Positions 62,668-64,000 of a stretch of 64,000 bases of DNA are shown here, piece after piece. The notes below the pieces were generated by a model, which made no database searches, was not told the DNA's origin, and saw nothing but the letters and a program-made list of their open reading frames with translations. Each line of letters begins with the position of its first letter. The first letter of the stretch is position 1. This stretch comes from an uncultured virus (IMG/VR IMGVR_UViG_3300027896_000016) (Duplodnaviria; Heunggongvirae; Uroviricota; Caudoviricetes). The position numbers and the translations under genes are program-made. The DNA lies in IMG/VR virus record IMGVR_UViG_3300027896_000016; one strand, written 5' to 3'.

Positions 62668-62919
62668 CTAGACCAAATGTCTTTGCCAATGCTTTTCATC
62701 CAAATCACCCATTGCCCAATTTTTATGAGCCAAAATTCTTAGACTTATTGAGATTAGTTTATCTAGTTCTTTTTCTGTAGGGCATCCGTGTTGTCTAAAT
62801 ATTAGAATCCAGCCAAAACATTTTGGGCATTTTGTGACTATACCGTATTCATCTTCATAGAGAATAACCGAATCTTTTGGCAAATTACAAAGAGGGCATT
62901 CGCTGTATTCATTGTTCAA
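62668..62919 (-). CDS. HIT-like/Zn-binding small protein
   Basis: CPLC..ILYEDE...LIFRQH. Confidence 0.45.
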   Translation of the reverse strand: MNNEYSECPLCNLPKDSVILYEDEYGIVTKCPKCFGWILIFRQHGCPTEKELDKLISISLRILAHKNWAMGDLDEKHWQRHLV

Positions 62920-63268
62920 TTAGCTTCCTTTCATCTATTGTGAAAGGTCCAGAGGTTTTGGTCTTAACGCACAAAATCGCTAGATCTTTCACCGTTAGCC
63001 TATAGTCTTCTTTTGCGTCGGCATTGTTCAAGAAAAAGTCTTTGCCGTATAATGTTTTGCTTTCAGGTTCCCATATTAGACTATAATCTTGCGTATTAAG
63101 TTCGACCCAGGCATGACCGCCGCGTTTGTATTGTCCGGTATTGGCGTCTTTTACTCTTGCCGTGCCGTGAATTACAAAAACGCTGTCAAAATCGTCCAAG
63201 TAGGGAAGATTTTTGTCTCCCGATATGACGGCTTGCATGACTGTATGAAAACAGTGACCGTAGGGCAT
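62909..63268 (-). CDS. Hypothetical protein (C...H...GHAWVE transglutaminase-like triad candidate)
   Basis: GHCF, VIHG, GGHAWVE, IWEP. Confidence 0.5.
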   Translation of the reverse strand: MPYGHCFHTVMQAVISGDKNLPYLDDFDSVFVIHGTARVKDANTGQYKRGGHAWVELNTQDYSLIWEPESKTLYGKDFFLNNADAKEDYRLTVKDLAILCVKTKTSGPFTIDERKLIEQ

Positions 63269-63287
63269 TGCGCGCCACCAATTTTTG

Positions 63288-64000
63288 CTATTCTATCTTT
63301 ATGGTTTCTTTTCTTAATTTTTGCAAGCCATTTTCGAGAAATTCGGTCATTCCGTGCATACCAACAGCCGTTATTAAATTAGTTAGTTTATAGAAATTTG
63401 CCGCCATTCTTGAATGATAATCTCCAAGGGCACTTTCAAAAGCCCTGCCGCAATCGCCATAATCTGTCACGTAATGCGTACATTCGTGAACGGCGACTTC
63501 GTAGATACGTTCAAGATCCTGCCTGTCAGTGGGCCAAAAAATTTCATCGCCGCGCATTGGATTGAACAATATCCAATTATTGTCTTTTATTTGCAATCCA
63601 GCCAATTCTGAGTCTAGGACAAAGCCGGTATTGAAAGTTGTCTTGTCGCAGTTCATTTGTATAAGTATAAATCGTACTAACTCTGTCCAGAATTTTGCAA
63701 GACGCAGCGTATTTGGTTTCATATTTTCTAAATGTAATCCAATAGGTATCTTAGTATCGCCCTTATTATTTAAGATTAAGAATTCTGGCTTCCAAGTTAG
63801 TAATTTAAGTGCCGATTCTATATGACCTTGGCCAACGAATTCTATGTCTAGCAAGACTTTTGCTATATCATAGCTAACATTTGCGAGCAAATTATCATCT
63901 TTTCTTTCAGCAAAATGGCCATATGCCTGTGCTGCAATAGCGCCCAAAATTTTCGGCGGAATGATTCTTACTTTTCTTTTCTTGATAAATTCTGTTTCTG
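63288..64000 (-). CDS. C-terminal part of a larger protein with a HExxH motif (5' end outside the window)
   Basis: Frame open to the window edge (ETEFIKKRKVRIIPPKILGA...); VAVHECTHY. Confidence 0.6.
   Translation of the reverse strand, partial: ETEFIKKRKVRIIPPKILGAIAAQAYGHFAERKDDNLLANVSYDIAKVLLDIEFVGQGHIESALKLLTWKPEFLILNNKGDTKIPIGLHLENMKPNTLRLAKFWTELVRFILIQMNCDKTTFNTGFVLDSELAGLQIKDNNWILFNPMRGDEIFWPTDRQDLERIYEVAVHECTHYVTDYGDCGRAFESALGDYHSRMAANFYKLTNLITAVGMHGMTEFLENGLQKLRKETIKIE

Noticed and set aside
1..64000. Stop-codon reassignment (alternative genetic code)
   Set aside because: Long conserved genes (dnaE, ligase, primase, helicase) are intact in the standard code, and TAA, TAG and TGA are all used as coupled stops

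Overview
AT-rich, densely coding window, almost entirely on the + strand until about 62.6 kb. It looks like the replication plus accessory ('early') arm of a large bacteriophage. Recognisable genes include a primase-ATPase fusion followed by an iteron-rich non-coding gap, an ATP-dependent DNA ligase, a family-4 UDG-like protein, a methyltransferase-like/SF2 helicase/HA-repeat fusion, DnaE, two radical SAM proteins, a C1 cysteine protease, MazG-like, macro-like and deaminase proteins, a tyrosine recombinase and a NYN protein. More than 100 small hypothetical ORFs fall into several paralogous families. There are two non-autonomous IS200/IS605-type IsrB/omegaRNA elements, one of them frameshifted. 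The standout is 11.25-13.55 kb. A ~1 kb non-coding array of 27 units, delimited by a short (W)TTGAC motif and built internally of NNN-YY pentamers (unit length about 5n+7/8), sits directly upstream of a stand-alone Cas7/RAMP-like gene, which is followed by a tRNA-like element and two further structured RNAs. No cas1/2/5/6/8 gene or canonical CRISPR array is visible, so this is a candidate non-canonical RNA-guided system. All calls are by-eye motif recognition and hand counts; no database searches were run.
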